A program made the position numbers and the translations under genes. 42,182 nucleotides of DNA, taken from the IMG/VR virus record IMGVR_UViG_3300045988_041703. One strand, given 5' to 3'. Shown in pieces: positions 24,955 to 35,457 of this stretch. Below the pieces are notes generated by a model. It was not told the origin of the DNA. It did not search any database and saw only the letters and a program-made list of their open reading frames with translations. Source of the DNA: a virus. Numbering within the stretch: position 1 is the first letter of the stretch; every line of letters starts with the position of its first letter.

Positions 24955-27840
24955 TTGGATACTCATTTTATGGCAAAGATTATGGCCAATATTAGAGATT
25001 TCCAAAGCAACGTAAGGAAAGCTCAACGATTAGCAAAGACGTCTGTACCAAACGAAATTGAAACAGATGTAAAAGCAGATATTTCAAGATTCCAAAGAGC
25101 TTTACAACGCGCTAAAGCTATGGCGCAAAAATGGCGTGAACATAACGTTAAAATAGATGGTAATAATTCACCGTTAAAACGTGCAATTGCTAGTGCAAAA
25201 ACGATGTTGGCCACGTTACACAACAAAACAATAAAAGTTAATTTCGATACGAGAGGTATGACAAAAACCCAAATTTTAACTAAGGCACTGAATCAGTCCT
25301 TAACTGATTATAGTGAGAAAATGGACGCGCTAGCTACTAAAATTCGTACATTTGGTACAATTTTTGCACAACAAGTTAAAGGCTTAATGATTGCTAGTAT
25401 ACAAGCATTGATACCAGTGATTGCCGGGTTAGTACCTGCAATAATGGCAGTACTTAATGCGGTTGGTGTATTAGGTGGTGGCGTTTTAGGTTTAGTTGGC
25501 GCATTCTCTGTCGCAGGTCTTGGAGTTGTTGGCTTTGGTGCAATGGCTATTAGCGCTCTTAAAATGGTTGAAGATGGTACGCTAGCAGTAACAAAAGAGG
25601 TACAAGACTTCAGAAAAGCCAGCGATCAATTAAAAGATACATGGCGTGATATTGTTAAAGAGAATCAAGCTAAAATATTTAACGCTATGTCAGCAGGATT
25701 AAGAGGTATTGCAAGCGCGTTAACTAAAATGAAACCTTTCTTGTCTGAGGTATCAATGTTAGTTGAAGCGAATGTGCGTAAGTTTGAAGAATGGGTCAAA
25801 ACGTCTAACACTGCAAAAAAAGCGTTCGAGTCGTTGAATACCATCGGTGGGGCTATATTTGGTGATTTATTGAACGCTGCAGGACGATTTGGTGATGGAT
25901 TAGTCAATATCTTTACTCAATTGATGCCGTTATTTAAATTCATGTCACAAGGTCTGCAAAACATGTCTATAGATTTCCAAAATTGGGCTAATAGTGTAGC
26001 AGGACAAAATGCGATACAAGCGTTTATCGAGTACACTAAGACAAATCTACCCAAGATAGGTAAAATATTCGGAAACGTTTTTAAAGGTATTGGTAATTTA
26101 ATGATTGCGTTCAGTCAAAACAGTTCTAATATTTTTGACTGGCTCGTCGAATTGACAAATAAGTTTAGAGAATGGTCTGAACAAGTAGGGCAATCTCAAG
26201 GTTTTAAAGATTTCATCAACTATGTTCAAGAGAATGGCCCAACTATTATGAAATTAATCGGTAACATTGTTAAAGCGTTAGTAGCGTTTGGTGAAGCAAT
26301 GGCACCTATAGCTAGTAAATTACTAGATTTCATCACCAATCTAGCTGATTTTATCGGTAAGTTATTTGAAACTCATCCGGCAGTAGCTCAGGCTATGGGT
26401 ATTTTAGGTATATTAGGTGGTGCATTCTGGGCTTTGATGGCTCCGATTGCAGCAGTGAGTAGTGTTTTAAGCAATGTATTTGGTACAAGTTTATTAAGAA
26501 TTATAAAGAAAATGTTAGATTTAACAGGGATACCGAAATTGTTATCTAAAGCTTTTGCGCCATTAGCTGGTGTGTTTACAAGTATTTCTTGGCCTGTATT
26601 ACTAGTTATTGCAATTATAGCTGCGTTCATCGGTGTTGTCGTTTACTTATGGAAAACTAACGAGACTTTCAGAAAGAATATGACAAAAGCGTGGGAAGAT
26701 ATCAAAAGCGCTGTTTCTGAAGCGATTCAAGGCGTAATTGATTGGTTAAGTGAACTATGGGATAAAATACAGACCACAATAGAACCAATCAAACCGATAT
26801 TAGAAGCGTTAGGTAAAGTTTTTATGACTGTGTTAGGCGTTTTAGTGATAGGTGTCATAGTAAACGTAATGAATGTCATTCAAGGATTATGGACAGTGAT
26901 AAAAATAGCATTCGAAGCTATAGGAACAGTGATATCTGTAGCAGTCCAAATCATAGTAGGATTGTTCACTGCTTTAATTCAGTTGCTTACTGGCGACTTC
27001 TCAGGTGCTTTGGAGACTATTAAAACTACGGTTACCAATGTACTTGATACGATTTGGCAATACATGCAATCAGTTTGGGAGTCAATTATCGGCTTTTTAA
27101 CTGGCGTAATGAATCGAACGCTTTCAATGTTTGGTACAAGTTGGTCACAGATATGGAGTACAATCACTAATTTTGTTAGCAGTATTTGGAACACTGTTAC
27201 AAGTTGGTTCAGTCGTGTTGCTTGGAGTGTAGCTGAAAAAATGGGACAAGCATTAAACTTTATTATCACAAAAGGTTCTGAATGGGTTTCTAACATTTGG
27301 AATACAGTTACAAGTTTCGCGAGTAAAGTAGCTGATGGGTTTAAAAGAGTTGTCTCAAATGTAGGTGACGGTATGAGTGATGCACTTGGTAAGATTAAAA
27401 GTTTCTTCAGTGATTTCTTAAATGCCGGAGCGGAATTAATCGGCAAAGTAGCTGAGGGTGTAGCTAATGCTGCGCACAAAGTAGTCAGCGCGGTAGGCGA
27501 TGCGATTTCATCAGCTTGGGACTCTGTAACTTCATTCGTAAGTGGACACGGTGGAGGTAGTAGCTTAGGTAAAGGTTTAGCGGTATCGCAAGCAAAAGTA
27601 ATTGCTACAGACTTTGGCAGTGCCTTTAATAAAGAGCTATCCTCTACTTTGACAGATAGTATAGTAGATCCTGTAAGTACTTCTATAGACAGACACATGA
27701 CTAGCGATGTTCAACATAGCTTAAAAGAAAATAATAGACCTATTGTGAATGTAACGATTAGAAATGAGGGCGACCTTGATTTAATTAAATCACGCATTGA
27801 TGACATGAACGCTATAGACGGAAGTTTCAACTTATTATAA
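24955..27840 (+). CDS. tail tape measure protein
   Basis: 961 aa with helical and glycine-rich hydrophobic segments. TTG start 7 nt after GGAGG. Confidence 0.85.
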   Translation: MDTHFMAKIMANIRDFQSNVRKAQRLAKTSVPNEIETDVKADISRFQRALQRAKAMAQKWREHNVKIDGNNSPLKRAIASAKTMLATLHNKTIKVNFDTRGMTKTQILTKALNQSLTDYSEKMDALATKIRTFGTIFAQQVKGLMIASIQALIPVIAGLVPAIMAVLNAVGVLGGGVLGLVGAFSVAGLGVVGFGAMAISALKMVEDGTLAVTKEVQDFRKASDQLKDTWRDIVKENQAKIFNAMSAGLRGIASALTKMKPFLSEVSMLVEANVRKFEEWVKTSNTAKKAFESLNTIGGAIFGDLLNAAGRFGDGLVNIFTQLMPLFKFMSQGLQNMSIDFQNWANSVAGQNAIQAFIEYTKTNLPKIGKIFGNVFKGIGNLMIAFSQNSSNIFDWLVELTNKFREWSEQVGQSQGFKDFINYVQENGPTIMKLIGNIVKALVAFGEAMAPIASKLLDFITNLADFIGKLFETHPAVAQAMGILGILGGAFWALMAPIAAVSSVLSNVFGTSLLRIIKKMLDLTGIPKLLSKAFAPLAGVFTSISWPVLLVIAIIAAFIGVVVYLWKTNETFRKNMTKAWEDIKSAVSEAIQGVIDWLSELWDKIQTTIEPIKPILEALGKVFMTVLGVLVIGVIVNVMNVIQGLWTVIKIAFEAIGTVISVAVQIIVGLFTALIQLLTGDFSGALETIKTTVTNVLDTIWQYMQSVWESIIGFLTGVMNRTLSMFGTSWSQIWSTITNFVSSIWNTVTSWFSRVAWSVAEKMGQALNFIITKGSEWVSNIWNTVTSFASKVADGFKRVVSNVGDGMSDALGKIKSFFSDFLNAGAELIGKVAEGVANAAHKVVSAVGDAISSAWDSVTSFVSGHGGGSSLGKGLAVSQAKVIATDFGSAFNKELSSTLTDSIVDPVSTSIDRHMTSDVQHSLKENNRPIVNVTIRNEGDLDLIKSRIDDMNAIDGSFNLL

Positions 27841-27854
27841 GGGAGGTTTGTTAG

Positions 27855-28796
27855 TTGATAGCGCACGATATAGAAGTAATAAGGAATGGTTTGCAGTATC
27901 GCGTCAGTGACAATCCTTTCACTTATAATCACTTGGAAGTAGTTGAATATAACGTTACAGGCGCAGGATATCATCGTAACTATTCTGATATAGAGGGTAT
28001 TGATGGTAGATTTCATAATTACGCTAAAGAAGAACTTAAAAAAGTAGAGCTTAAGATAAGGTATAAAGTACCTAAAATTGCTTATGCTTCACATTTAAAG
28101 TCAGACGTCCAAGCACTATTTGCTGGACGTTTTTATTTAAGGGAATTAGCTACACCAGACAATTCAATTAAGTATGAGCATATATTAGATATACCAAAAG
28201 ACAAACAAGCATTTGAGCTTGATTATGTTGATGGACGACAACTTTTTGTAGGACTAGTAAGTGAAGTTTCTTTTGACACAACACAAACATCAGGGGAATT
28301 TTCTTTGTCGTTTGAAACAACCGAACTACCATACTTTGAAAGTGTCGGTTATAGTACTGATCTTGAAAGTAATAACGACCCTGAAAAATGGTCGGTACCT
28401 GATAGATTGCCTACAAACGAAGGTGATAAGAGGCGTCAAATGACATTTTACAACACTAACTCAGGAGAAGTTTATTATAACGGTGATGTTCCTTTAACAC
28501 AGTTTAATCAGTTTAATGTTGTTGAAATAGAGTTAGCTGAAGATGTTAAAGCTAATGATAAGGATGGATTCACTTTCTATACAGATAAAGGAAATATCTC
28601 AGTTATTAAGGAAGTTGATTTAAAAGCCGGAGATAAAATAATCTTCGACGGTAAACATACCTATAGAGGTTATTTAAATATAGATTCTTTTAATAAAACT
28701 TTAGAACAACCGGTTTTATATCCAGGCTGGAATCGATTCAAGTCTAATAAAGTAATGAAACAAATTACATTTAGACACAAATTATATTTTAGATAA
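27855..28796 (+). CDS. distal tail protein (Dit)
   Basis: Follows TMP, 313 aa. RBS GGGAGG. Confidence 0.6.
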   Translation: MIAHDIEVIRNGLQYRVSDNPFTYNHLEVVEYNVTGAGYHRNYSDIEGIDGRFHNYAKEELKKVELKIRYKVPKIAYASHLKSDVQALFAGRFYLRELATPDNSIKYEHILDIPKDKQAFELDYVDGRQLFVGLVSEVSFDTTQTSGEFSLSFETTELPYFESVGYSTDLESNNDPEKWSVPDRLPTNEGDKRRQMTFYNTNSGEVYYNGDVPLTQFNQFNVVEIELAEDVKANDKDGFTFYTDKGNISVIKEVDLKAGDKIIFDGKHTYRGYLNIDSFNKTLEQPVLYPGWNRFKSNKVMKQITFRHKLYFR

Positions 28797-28806
28797 GGAG
28801 TAGCCT

Positions 28807-30693
28807 ATGCCAATTTTATTAAAAAGTCTACAGGGTGTAGGGCACGCTATTAATGTTAGTACAAAAGTAAGTAAAAAGCTAAATGAAGATAGTTCTTTGG
28901 ATCTAACTATTATCGAGAACGCGAGTACGTTTGACGCAATAGGTGCTATAACTAAAATGTGGACGATCACTCATGTTGAAGGTGAAGATGATTTCAACGA
29001 ATATGTAATTGTCATACTTGATAAGTCTACTATTGGCGAAAAAATAAGGCTTGATATCAAAGCTAGGCAAAAAGAACTTGATGACCTTAACAATTCTAGG
29101 ATTTACCAAGAGTATAACGAAAGTTTTACAGGCGTTGAGTTCTTCAATACTGTCTTTAAAGGAACGGGTTATAAGTATGTATTACATCCAAAAGTAGATG
29201 CATCTAAATTCGAGGGATTAGGCAAAGGAGATACACGATTAGAAATCTTTAAAAAAGGACTTGAGCGTTATCATCTCGAATATGAATACGATGCAAAGAC
29301 TAAAACGTTTCATTTGTATGATGAATTATCTAAGTTTGCCAATTATTACATTAAAGCTGGTGTGAATGCTGATAACGTCAAAATACAAGAAGATGCATCT
29401 AAATGTTATACCTTTATTAAAGGTTATGGTGATTTTGATGGACAACAGACTTTTGCAGAAGCGGGACTACAAATTGAATTCACTCATCCATTAGCACAAT
29501 TGATAGGTAAAAGAGAAGCGCCACCGCTTGTTGATGGACGTATTAAAAAAGAAGATAGTTTAAAAAAAGCAATGGAGTTATTGATAAAGAAAAGTGTCAC
29601 TGCTTCTATTTCCTTAGACTTTGTAGCGTTACGTGAACATTTCCCAGAAGCTAACCCTAAAATAGGTGATGTTGTTAGAGTGGTGGATTCTGCCATAGGA
29701 TATAACGACTTAGTGAGAATAGTCGAAATCACTACACATAGAGATGCGTACAATAATATCACTAAGCAAGATGTAGTATTAGGAGACTTTACAAGGCGTA
29801 ATCGTTATAACAAAGCAGTTCATGATGCTGCAAATTATGTTAAAAGCGTAAAATCTACAAAATCCGACCCATCTAAAGAACTAAAAGCATTAAACGCAAA
29901 AGTTAACGCAAGTTTATCTATAAATAATGAATTGGTTAAGCAGAATGAAAAAATAAACGCTAAAGTCGATAAGATGAATACTAAAACAGTTACAACTGCT
30001 AATGGTACGATCATGTACGACTTTACTAGTCAATCAAGTATAAGAAACATCAAATCAATTGGAACGATTGGCGACTCTGTAGCTAGAGGGTCGCACGCAA
30101 AAACTAATTTCACAGAAATGTTAGGCAAGAAATTGAAAGCTAAAACGACTAATCTTGCAAGAGGTGGCGCAACAATGGCAACAGTTCCAATAGGTAAAGA
30201 AGCGGTAGAAAACAGCATTTATAGACAAGCAGAGCAAATAAGAGGAGACCTAATCATATTACAAGGCACTGATGATGACTGGTTACACGGTTATTGGGCA
30301 GGCGTACCGATAGGCACTGATAAAACGGATACAAAAACGTTTTACGGTGCCTTTTGTTCTGCAATTGAAGTTATTAGAAAGAATAATCCAGATTCAAAAA
30401 TACTAGTGATGACAGCTACAAGACAATGCCCTATGAGTGGTACAACAATACGCCGTAAAGACACGGACAAAAACAAACTAGGGTTAACACTTGAGGACTA
30501 TGTAAACGCTCAAATATTAGCTTGTAGTGAGTTAGATGTACCAGTGTTTGACGCATATCACACAGATTACTTTAAGCCATACAATCCAGCTTTTAGGAAA
30601 GCGAGCATGGAGGACGGCTTACACCCTAACGAAAAAGGTCACGAGGTTATTATGTACGAGTTAATCAAGGATTATTACAGTTTTTACGACTAA
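28807..30693 (+). CDS. tail-associated lysin-like protein (Tal) with C-terminal SGNH/GDSL hydrolase domain
   Basis: C-terminal IGTIGDSVARGS (GDS block I) and DGLHPNEKGH (DxxH block V). N-terminus is a prophage tail endopeptidase-like domain. Confidence 0.7.
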   Translation: MPILLKSLQGVGHAINVSTKVSKKLNEDSSLDLTIIENASTFDAIGAITKMWTITHVEGEDDFNEYVIVILDKSTIGEKIRLDIKARQKELDDLNNSRIYQEYNESFTGVEFFNTVFKGTGYKYVLHPKVDASKFEGLGKGDTRLEIFKKGLERYHLEYEYDAKTKTFHLYDELSKFANYYIKAGVNADNVKIQEDASKCYTFIKGYGDFDGQQTFAEAGLQIEFTHPLAQLIGKREAPPLVDGRIKKEDSLKKAMELLIKKSVTASISLDFVALREHFPEANPKIGDVVRVVDSAIGYNDLVRIVEITTHRDAYNNITKQDVVLGDFTRRNRYNKAVHDAANYVKSVKSTKSDPSKELKALNAKVNASLSINNELVKQNEKINAKVDKMNTKTVTTANGTIMYDFTSQSSIRNIKSIGTIGDSVARGSHAKTNFTEMLGKKLKAKTTNLARGGATMATVPIGKEAVENSIYRQAEQIRGDLIILQGTDDDWLHGYWAGVPIGTDKTDTKTFYGAFCSAIEVIRKNNPDSKILVMTATRQCPMSGTTIRRKDTDKNKLGLTLEDYVNAQILACSELDVPVFDAYHTDYFKPYNPAFRKASMEDGLHPNEKGHEVIMYELIKDYYSFYD

Positions 30694-30705
30694 AGGAGGC
30701 AACCA

Positions 30706-32604
30706 ATGGCTTACGGATTAATTACAAGTTTACATTCAATGACAGGTCGGAAAATAGTTGCTCAACATGAGTATAACTATCGCTTGTTAGATGAAGGTAT
30801 GAGCAAACTTGAGAAAATGTTTATATACCATCAAAAAGAAGAAATATACGCACACTCAGCGAAACAAATTAAATACTTGAATGACAGTGTTGAAGATTAT
30901 TTAACGTATTTAAATGGCCGTTTTAGCAATATGATTCTAGGCCATAACGGCGACGGTATCAATGAAGTAAAAGACGCGCGTATTGATAATACAGGTTATG
31001 GTCATAAGACATTGCAAGATCGTTTGTATCATGATTATTCAACACTAGATGCTTTCACTAAAAAGGTTGAGAAAGCTGTAGATGAACACTATAAAGAATA
31101 TCGAGCGACAGAATACCGATTCGAACCAAAAGAGCAAGAACCGGAATTCATCACAGATTTATCGCCATATACTAACGCAGTAATGCAATCATTTTGGGTA
31201 GACCCTAGAACGAAAATTATTTATATGACGCAAGCTCGTCCAGGTAATCATTACATGTTATCTAGATTGAAGCCCAACGGACAATTTATTGATAGATTGC
31301 TTGTTAAAAACGGCGGTCACGGTACACACAATGCGTATAGATACATTGATGGAGAATTATGGATTTATTCAGCTGTATTGGACAGTAACAAAAACAACAA
31401 GTTTGTACGTTTCCAATATAGAACTGGAGAAATAACTTATGGTAATGAAATGCAAGATGTCATGCCGAATATATTTAACGACAGATATACGTCAGCGATT
31501 TATAATCCGGTAGAAAATTTAATGATTTTTAGACGTGAATATAAACCCACTGAAAGACAACTTAAGAATTCGTTGAACTTTGTTGAGGTTAGAAGTGCTG
31601 ACGATATTGATAAAGGTATAGACAAAGTATTGTATCAAATGGATATACCTATGGAATACACTTCAGATACACAACCTATGCAAGGTATCACTTATGATGC
31701 AGGTATCTTATATTGGTATACAGGTGATTCGAATACAGCCAACCCTAACTACTTACAAGGTTTCGATATAAAAACAAAAGAATTGTTATTTAAACGACGT
31801 ATCGATATTGGCGGTGTGAATAATAACTTTAAAGGAGACTTCCAAGAAGCTGAGGGTCTAGATATGTATTACGATCTAGAAACAGGACGCAAAGCGCTTT
31901 TAATAGGGGTAACTATTGGACCTGGTAACAACAGACATCACTCAATTTATTCCATCGGCCAAAGAGGTGTTAACCAATTCTTAAAAAACATTGCACCTCA
32001 AGTATCGATGACTGATTCAGGCGGACGTGTTAAACCGTTACCAATACAGAACCCAGCATATCTAAGTGATATTACGGAAGTTGGTCATTACTATATCTAT
32101 ACGCAAGACACACAAAATGCGTTAGATTTCCCGTTACCGAAAGCGTTTAGAGATGCAGGTTGGTTCTTTGATGTACTGCCTGGACACTATAATGGTGCTC
32201 TAAGACAAGTACTTACCAGAAACAGCACAGGTAGAAATATGCTTAAATTCGAACGTGTCATTGACATTTTCAATAAGAAAAACAACGGAGCATGGAATTT
32301 CTGTCCGCAAAACGCCGGTTATTGGGAACATATCCCTAAGAATATTACAAAATTATCAGATTTAAAAATCGTTGGTTTAGATTTCTATATCACTACTGAA
32401 GAATCAAAACGATTTACTGATTTTCCTAAAGACTTTAAAGGTATTGCAGGTTGGATATTAGAAGTAAAATCGAATACACCAGGTAACACAACACAAGTAT
32501 TAAGACGTAATAACTTCCCGTCTGCACATCAATTTTTAGTTAGAAACTTTGGTACTGGTGGCGTTGGTAAATGGAGTTTATTCGAGGGAAAGGTGGTTGA
32601 ATAA
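30706..32604 (+). CDS. baseplate / tail fibre protein (632 aa)
   Basis: Position after Tal, with size similar to phi11/80alpha baseplate proteins. No catalytic motif seen. Confidence 0.5.
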   Translation: MAYGLITSLHSMTGRKIVAQHEYNYRLLDEGMSKLEKMFIYHQKEEIYAHSAKQIKYLNDSVEDYLTYLNGRFSNMILGHNGDGINEVKDARIDNTGYGHKTLQDRLYHDYSTLDAFTKKVEKAVDEHYKEYRATEYRFEPKEQEPEFITDLSPYTNAVMQSFWVDPRTKIIYMTQARPGNHYMLSRLKPNGQFIDRLLVKNGGHGTHNAYRYIDGELWIYSAVLDSNKNNKFVRFQYRTGEITYGNEMQDVMPNIFNDRYTSAIYNPVENLMIFRREYKPTERQLKNSLNFVEVRSADDIDKGIDKVLYQMDIPMEYTSDTQPMQGITYDAGILYWYTGDSNTANPNYLQGFDIKTKELLFKRRIDIGGVNNNFKGDFQEAEGLDMYYDLETGRKALLIGVTIGPGNNRHHSIYSIGQRGVNQFLKNIAPQVSMTDSGGRVKPLPIQNPAYLSDITEVGHYYIYTQDTQNALDFPLPKAFRDAGWFFDVLPGHYNGALRQVLTRNSTGRNMLKFERVIDIFNKKNNGAWNFCPQNAGYWEHIPKNITKLSDLKIVGLDFYITTEESKRFTDFPKDFKGIAGWILEVKSNTPGNTTQVLRRNNFPSAHQFLVRNFGTGGVGKWSLFEGKVVE

Positions 32605-34427
32605 TGGTAGTAGATAATTTTTCGAAAGACGATAACTTAATCGAGTTACAAACAACATCACAATATAATCCAATTATTGACACAAACATCAGTTTCTATG
32701 AATCAGATAGAGGAACTGGTGTTTTAAATTTTGCAGTAACTAAGAATAACAGACCGTTATCTATAAGTTCTGAACATGTTAAAACATCTATCGTGTTAAA
32801 AACCGATGATTATAACGTAGATAGAGGCGCTTATATTTCAGACGAATTAACGATAGTAGACGCAATTAATGGGCGTTTGCAGTATGTGATACCGAATGAA
32901 TTTTTAAAACATTCAGGCAAGGTGCATGCTCAGGCATTCTTTACACAAAACGGGAGTAATAATGTTGTTGTTGAACGTCAATTTAGCTTCAATATTGAAA
33001 ATGATTTAGTTAGTGGGTTTGATGGTATAACAAAGCTTGTTTATATCAAATCTATTCAAGATACTATCGAAGCTGTCGGTAAAGACTTTAACCAATTAAA
33101 GCAAAATATGGCTGATACACAAACGTTAATAGCAAAAGTGAATGATAGTGCGACAAAAGGCATTCAACAAATCGAAATCAAGCAAAACGAAGCTATACAA
33201 GCTATTACTGCGACGCAAACTAGTGCAACACAAGCTGTTACAGCTGAAGTCGATAAAATAGTTGAAAAAGAGCAAGCGATTTTTGAACGTGTTAACGAAG
33301 TTGAACAACAAATCAATGGCGCTGACCTTGTTAAAGGTAATTCAACAACAAATTGGCAAAAGTCTAAACTTACAGATGATTACGGTAAAGCAATTGAATC
33401 GTATGAGCAGTCCATAGATAGCGTTTTAAGCGCAGTTAACACATCTAGGATTATTCATATTACTAATGCAACAGATGCGCCAGAAAAGACGGATATAGGC
33501 ACGTTAGAGAAGCCTGGACAAGATGGTGTTGATGACGGTTCTTCGTTCGATGAATCAACTTATACATCAAGCAAATCTGGTGTGTTAGTTGTTTATGTTG
33601 TTGATAATAATACTGCTCGTGCAACATGGTACCCAGACGATTCAAACGATGAGTACACAAAATACAAAATCTACGGCACATGGTACCCATTTTATAAAAA
33701 GAATGATGGAAACTTAACTAAGCAATTTGTTGAAGAAACGTCTAACAACGCTTTAAATCAAGCTAAGCAGTATGTAGATGATAAATTCGGAACAACGAGC
33801 TGGCAACAACATAAGATGACAGAGGCGAATGGTCAATCAATTCAAGTTAACTTAAATAATGCGCAAGGCGATTTGGGATATTTAACTGCTGGTAATTACT
33901 ATGCAACAAGAGTGCCGGATTTACCAGGTAGCGTTGAAAGTTATGAGGGTTATTTATCGGTATTCGTTAAAGATGATACAAACAAGCTATTTAACTTCAC
34001 ACCTTATAACTCTAAAAAGATTTACACACGATCAATCACAAACGGCAGACTTGAGCGACAGTGGACAGTTCCTAATGAACATAAATCAACGGTATTGTTC
34101 GACGGTGGCGCAAATGGTGTAGGTACAACAATCAATCTAACTGAACCGTACACAAACTATTCTATTTTGTTGGTAAGTGGAACTTATCCAGGTGGCGTTA
34201 TTGAGGGATTCGGACTAACCGCATTACCTAACGCGATTCAATTGAGTAAAGCGAATGTAGTTGACTCAGACGGCAACGGTGGCGGTATTTATGAGTGCTT
34301 ACTATCCAAAACAAGTAGCACTACTTTAAGAATAGATAACGATGTGTACTTTGATTTAGGTAAAACATCAGGTTCTGGAGCGAATGCCAACAAAGTTACT
34401 ATAACTAAAATTATGGGGTGGAAATAA
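32604..34427 (+). CDS. receptor-binding-protein-like baseplate protein (607 aa)
   Basis: N-terminal region, coiled-coil stem (IQQIEIKQNEAIQAITATQTSATQAV...) and beta-rich C-terminus. Architecture matches Staphylococcus siphovirus RBPs. Confidence 0.5.
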   Translation: MVVDNFSKDDNLIELQTTSQYNPIIDTNISFYESDRGTGVLNFAVTKNNRPLSISSEHVKTSIVLKTDDYNVDRGAYISDELTIVDAINGRLQYVIPNEFLKHSGKVHAQAFFTQNGSNNVVVERQFSFNIENDLVSGFDGITKLVYIKSIQDTIEAVGKDFNQLKQNMADTQTLIAKVNDSATKGIQQIEIKQNEAIQAITATQTSATQAVTAEVDKIVEKEQAIFERVNEVEQQINGADLVKGNSTTNWQKSKLTDDYGKAIESYEQSIDSVLSAVNTSRIIHITNATDAPEKTDIGTLEKPGQDGVDDGSSFDESTYTSSKSGVLVVYVVDNNTARATWYPDDSNDEYTKYKIYGTWYPFYKKNDGNLTKQFVEETSNNALNQAKQYVDDKFGTTSWQQHKMTEANGQSIQVNLNNAQGDLGYLTAGNYYATRVPDLPGSVESYEGYLSVFVKDDTNKLFNFTPYNSKKIYTRSITNGRLERQWTVPNEHKSTVLFDGGANGVGTTINLTEPYTNYSILLVSGTYPGGVIEGFGLTALPNAIQLSKANVVDSDGNGGGIYECLLSKTSSTTLRIDNDVYFDLGKTSGSGANANKVTITKIMGWK

Positions 34428-34804
34428 TGAAAATCACAGTAAACGATAAAAACGAAGTTATCGGATTCGTTAATACTGGCGGTTTACGCAATAGTTTAGA
34501 TGTAGATGATAACAATGTGCCTATTAAATTTAAAGAAGAGTTCGAACCTAGAAAGTTTGTTTTCACTAACGGCGAAATTAAATACAATAGCAATTTCGAA
34601 AAAGAAGACGTACCGAATGCATCAAACCAACAAAGTGCGTCAGATTTAAGTGATGAGGAACTTCGCGGAATGGTTGCAAGTATGCAAATGCAGATGACGC
34701 AAGTGAACATGTTGACAATGCAATTGACGCAACAAAACGCTATGTTAACACAACAGTTGACCGAACTGAAAACTAACAAAACAAATACTGAGGGGGACGT
34801 TTAA
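34427..34804 (+). CDS. hypothetical structural protein (125 aa)
   Basis: ATG 34427 overlaps the upstream stop. Q/M-rich C-terminus. Confidence 0.45.
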   Translation: MKITVNDKNEVIGFVNTGGLRNSLDVDDNNVPIKFKEEFEPRKFVFTNGEIKYNSNFEKEDVPNASNQQSASDLSDEELRGMVASMQMQMTQVNMLTMQLTQQNAMLTQQLTELKTNKTNTEGDV

Positions 34805-34981
34805 ATGATGAAGATGATTTATCCAACTTTTAAAGACATTAAAACTTTTTATGTGTGGGGTTGCTATAAAAATGAGCAAATTAAGTGGTACGTAGATATG
34901 GGTGTAATCGACAAAGAAGAATATGCATTGATCACTGGTGAAAAATATCCAGAGGCAAAAGATGAAAAGTCACAGGTGTAA
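34805..34981 (+). CDS. XkdX-family small protein (58 aa)
   Basis: Not in the track. ...KDIKTFYVWGCYKNEQIKWYVDMGVIDKEEYALITGE resembles XkdX. Confidence 0.4.
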   Translation: MMKMIYPTFKDIKTFYVWGCYKNEQIKWYVDMGVIDKEEYALITGEKYPEAKDEKSQV

Positions 34982-35021
34982 TGCTTGAGGCTTTTTAATT
35001 TAACACAAAGTAGGTGGCGTA

Positions 35022-35321
35022 ATGTTTGGATTTACCAAACGGCACGAACATGAATGGCGAATTAGAAGATTAGAAGAGAATGATAAAACAATGCTTAGCA
35101 CTCTCAATGAGATTAAATTAGGTCAAAAAACTCAAGAGCAAGTTAACATTAAATTAGATAAAACTTTAGATGCTATCCAGAGGGAAAGACAGATAGACGA
35201 AAAAAATAAGAAAGAAAACGACAAAAATATACGCGATATGAAAATGTGGATTCTTGGTTTGATAGGGACTATCTTCAGTACGATTGTCATAGCTTTACTA
35301 AGAACTATTTTTGGTATTTAA
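35022..35321 (+). CDS. XhlA-like (coiled-coil + C-terminal TM) protein
   Basis: N-terminal coiled coil. C-terminal TM WILGLIGTIFSTIVIALL. Confidence 0.45.
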   Translation: MFGFTKRHEHEWRIRRLEENDKTMLSTLNEIKLGQKTQEQVNIKLDKTLDAIQRERQIDEKNKKENDKNIRDMKMWILGLIGTIFSTIVIALLRTIFGI

Positions 35322-35335
35322 AGGAGGTGATTACC

Positions 35336-35398
35336 ATGCTTAAAGGGATTTTAGGATATAGCTTCTGGGCGTGCTTCTGGTTTGGTAAATGTAAATAA
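35336..35398 (+). CDS. 20-aa Cys/Trp-rich hydrophobic peptide (MLKGILGYSFWACFWFGKCK)
   Basis: Excellent RBS AAGGAGGTGA 8 nt before ATG. Immediately followed by a strong terminator. Confidence 0.3.
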   Translation: MLKGILGYSFWACFWFGKCK

Positions 35399-35406
35399 CA
35401 GTTAAG

Positions 35407-35438
35407 AGTCAGTGCTTCGGCACTGGCTTTTTATTTTG
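35407..35438 (+). terminator. rho-independent terminator (stem agtcagtgc/gcactggct, UUCG loop, TTTTTATTTT)
   Basis: 9-bp stem with tetraloop ttcg followed by a T-run. Confidence 0.7.
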
Positions 35439-35457
35439 ATTGAAATGAGGTGCATAC

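Noticed and set aside
25023-27698. Several minus-strand ORFs (67-239 aa) inside the tape measure gene
   Set aside because: Low-complexity mirror ORFs of a Gly/Ala/Val-rich CDS. No RBS. They overlap a well-supported 961-aa gene.
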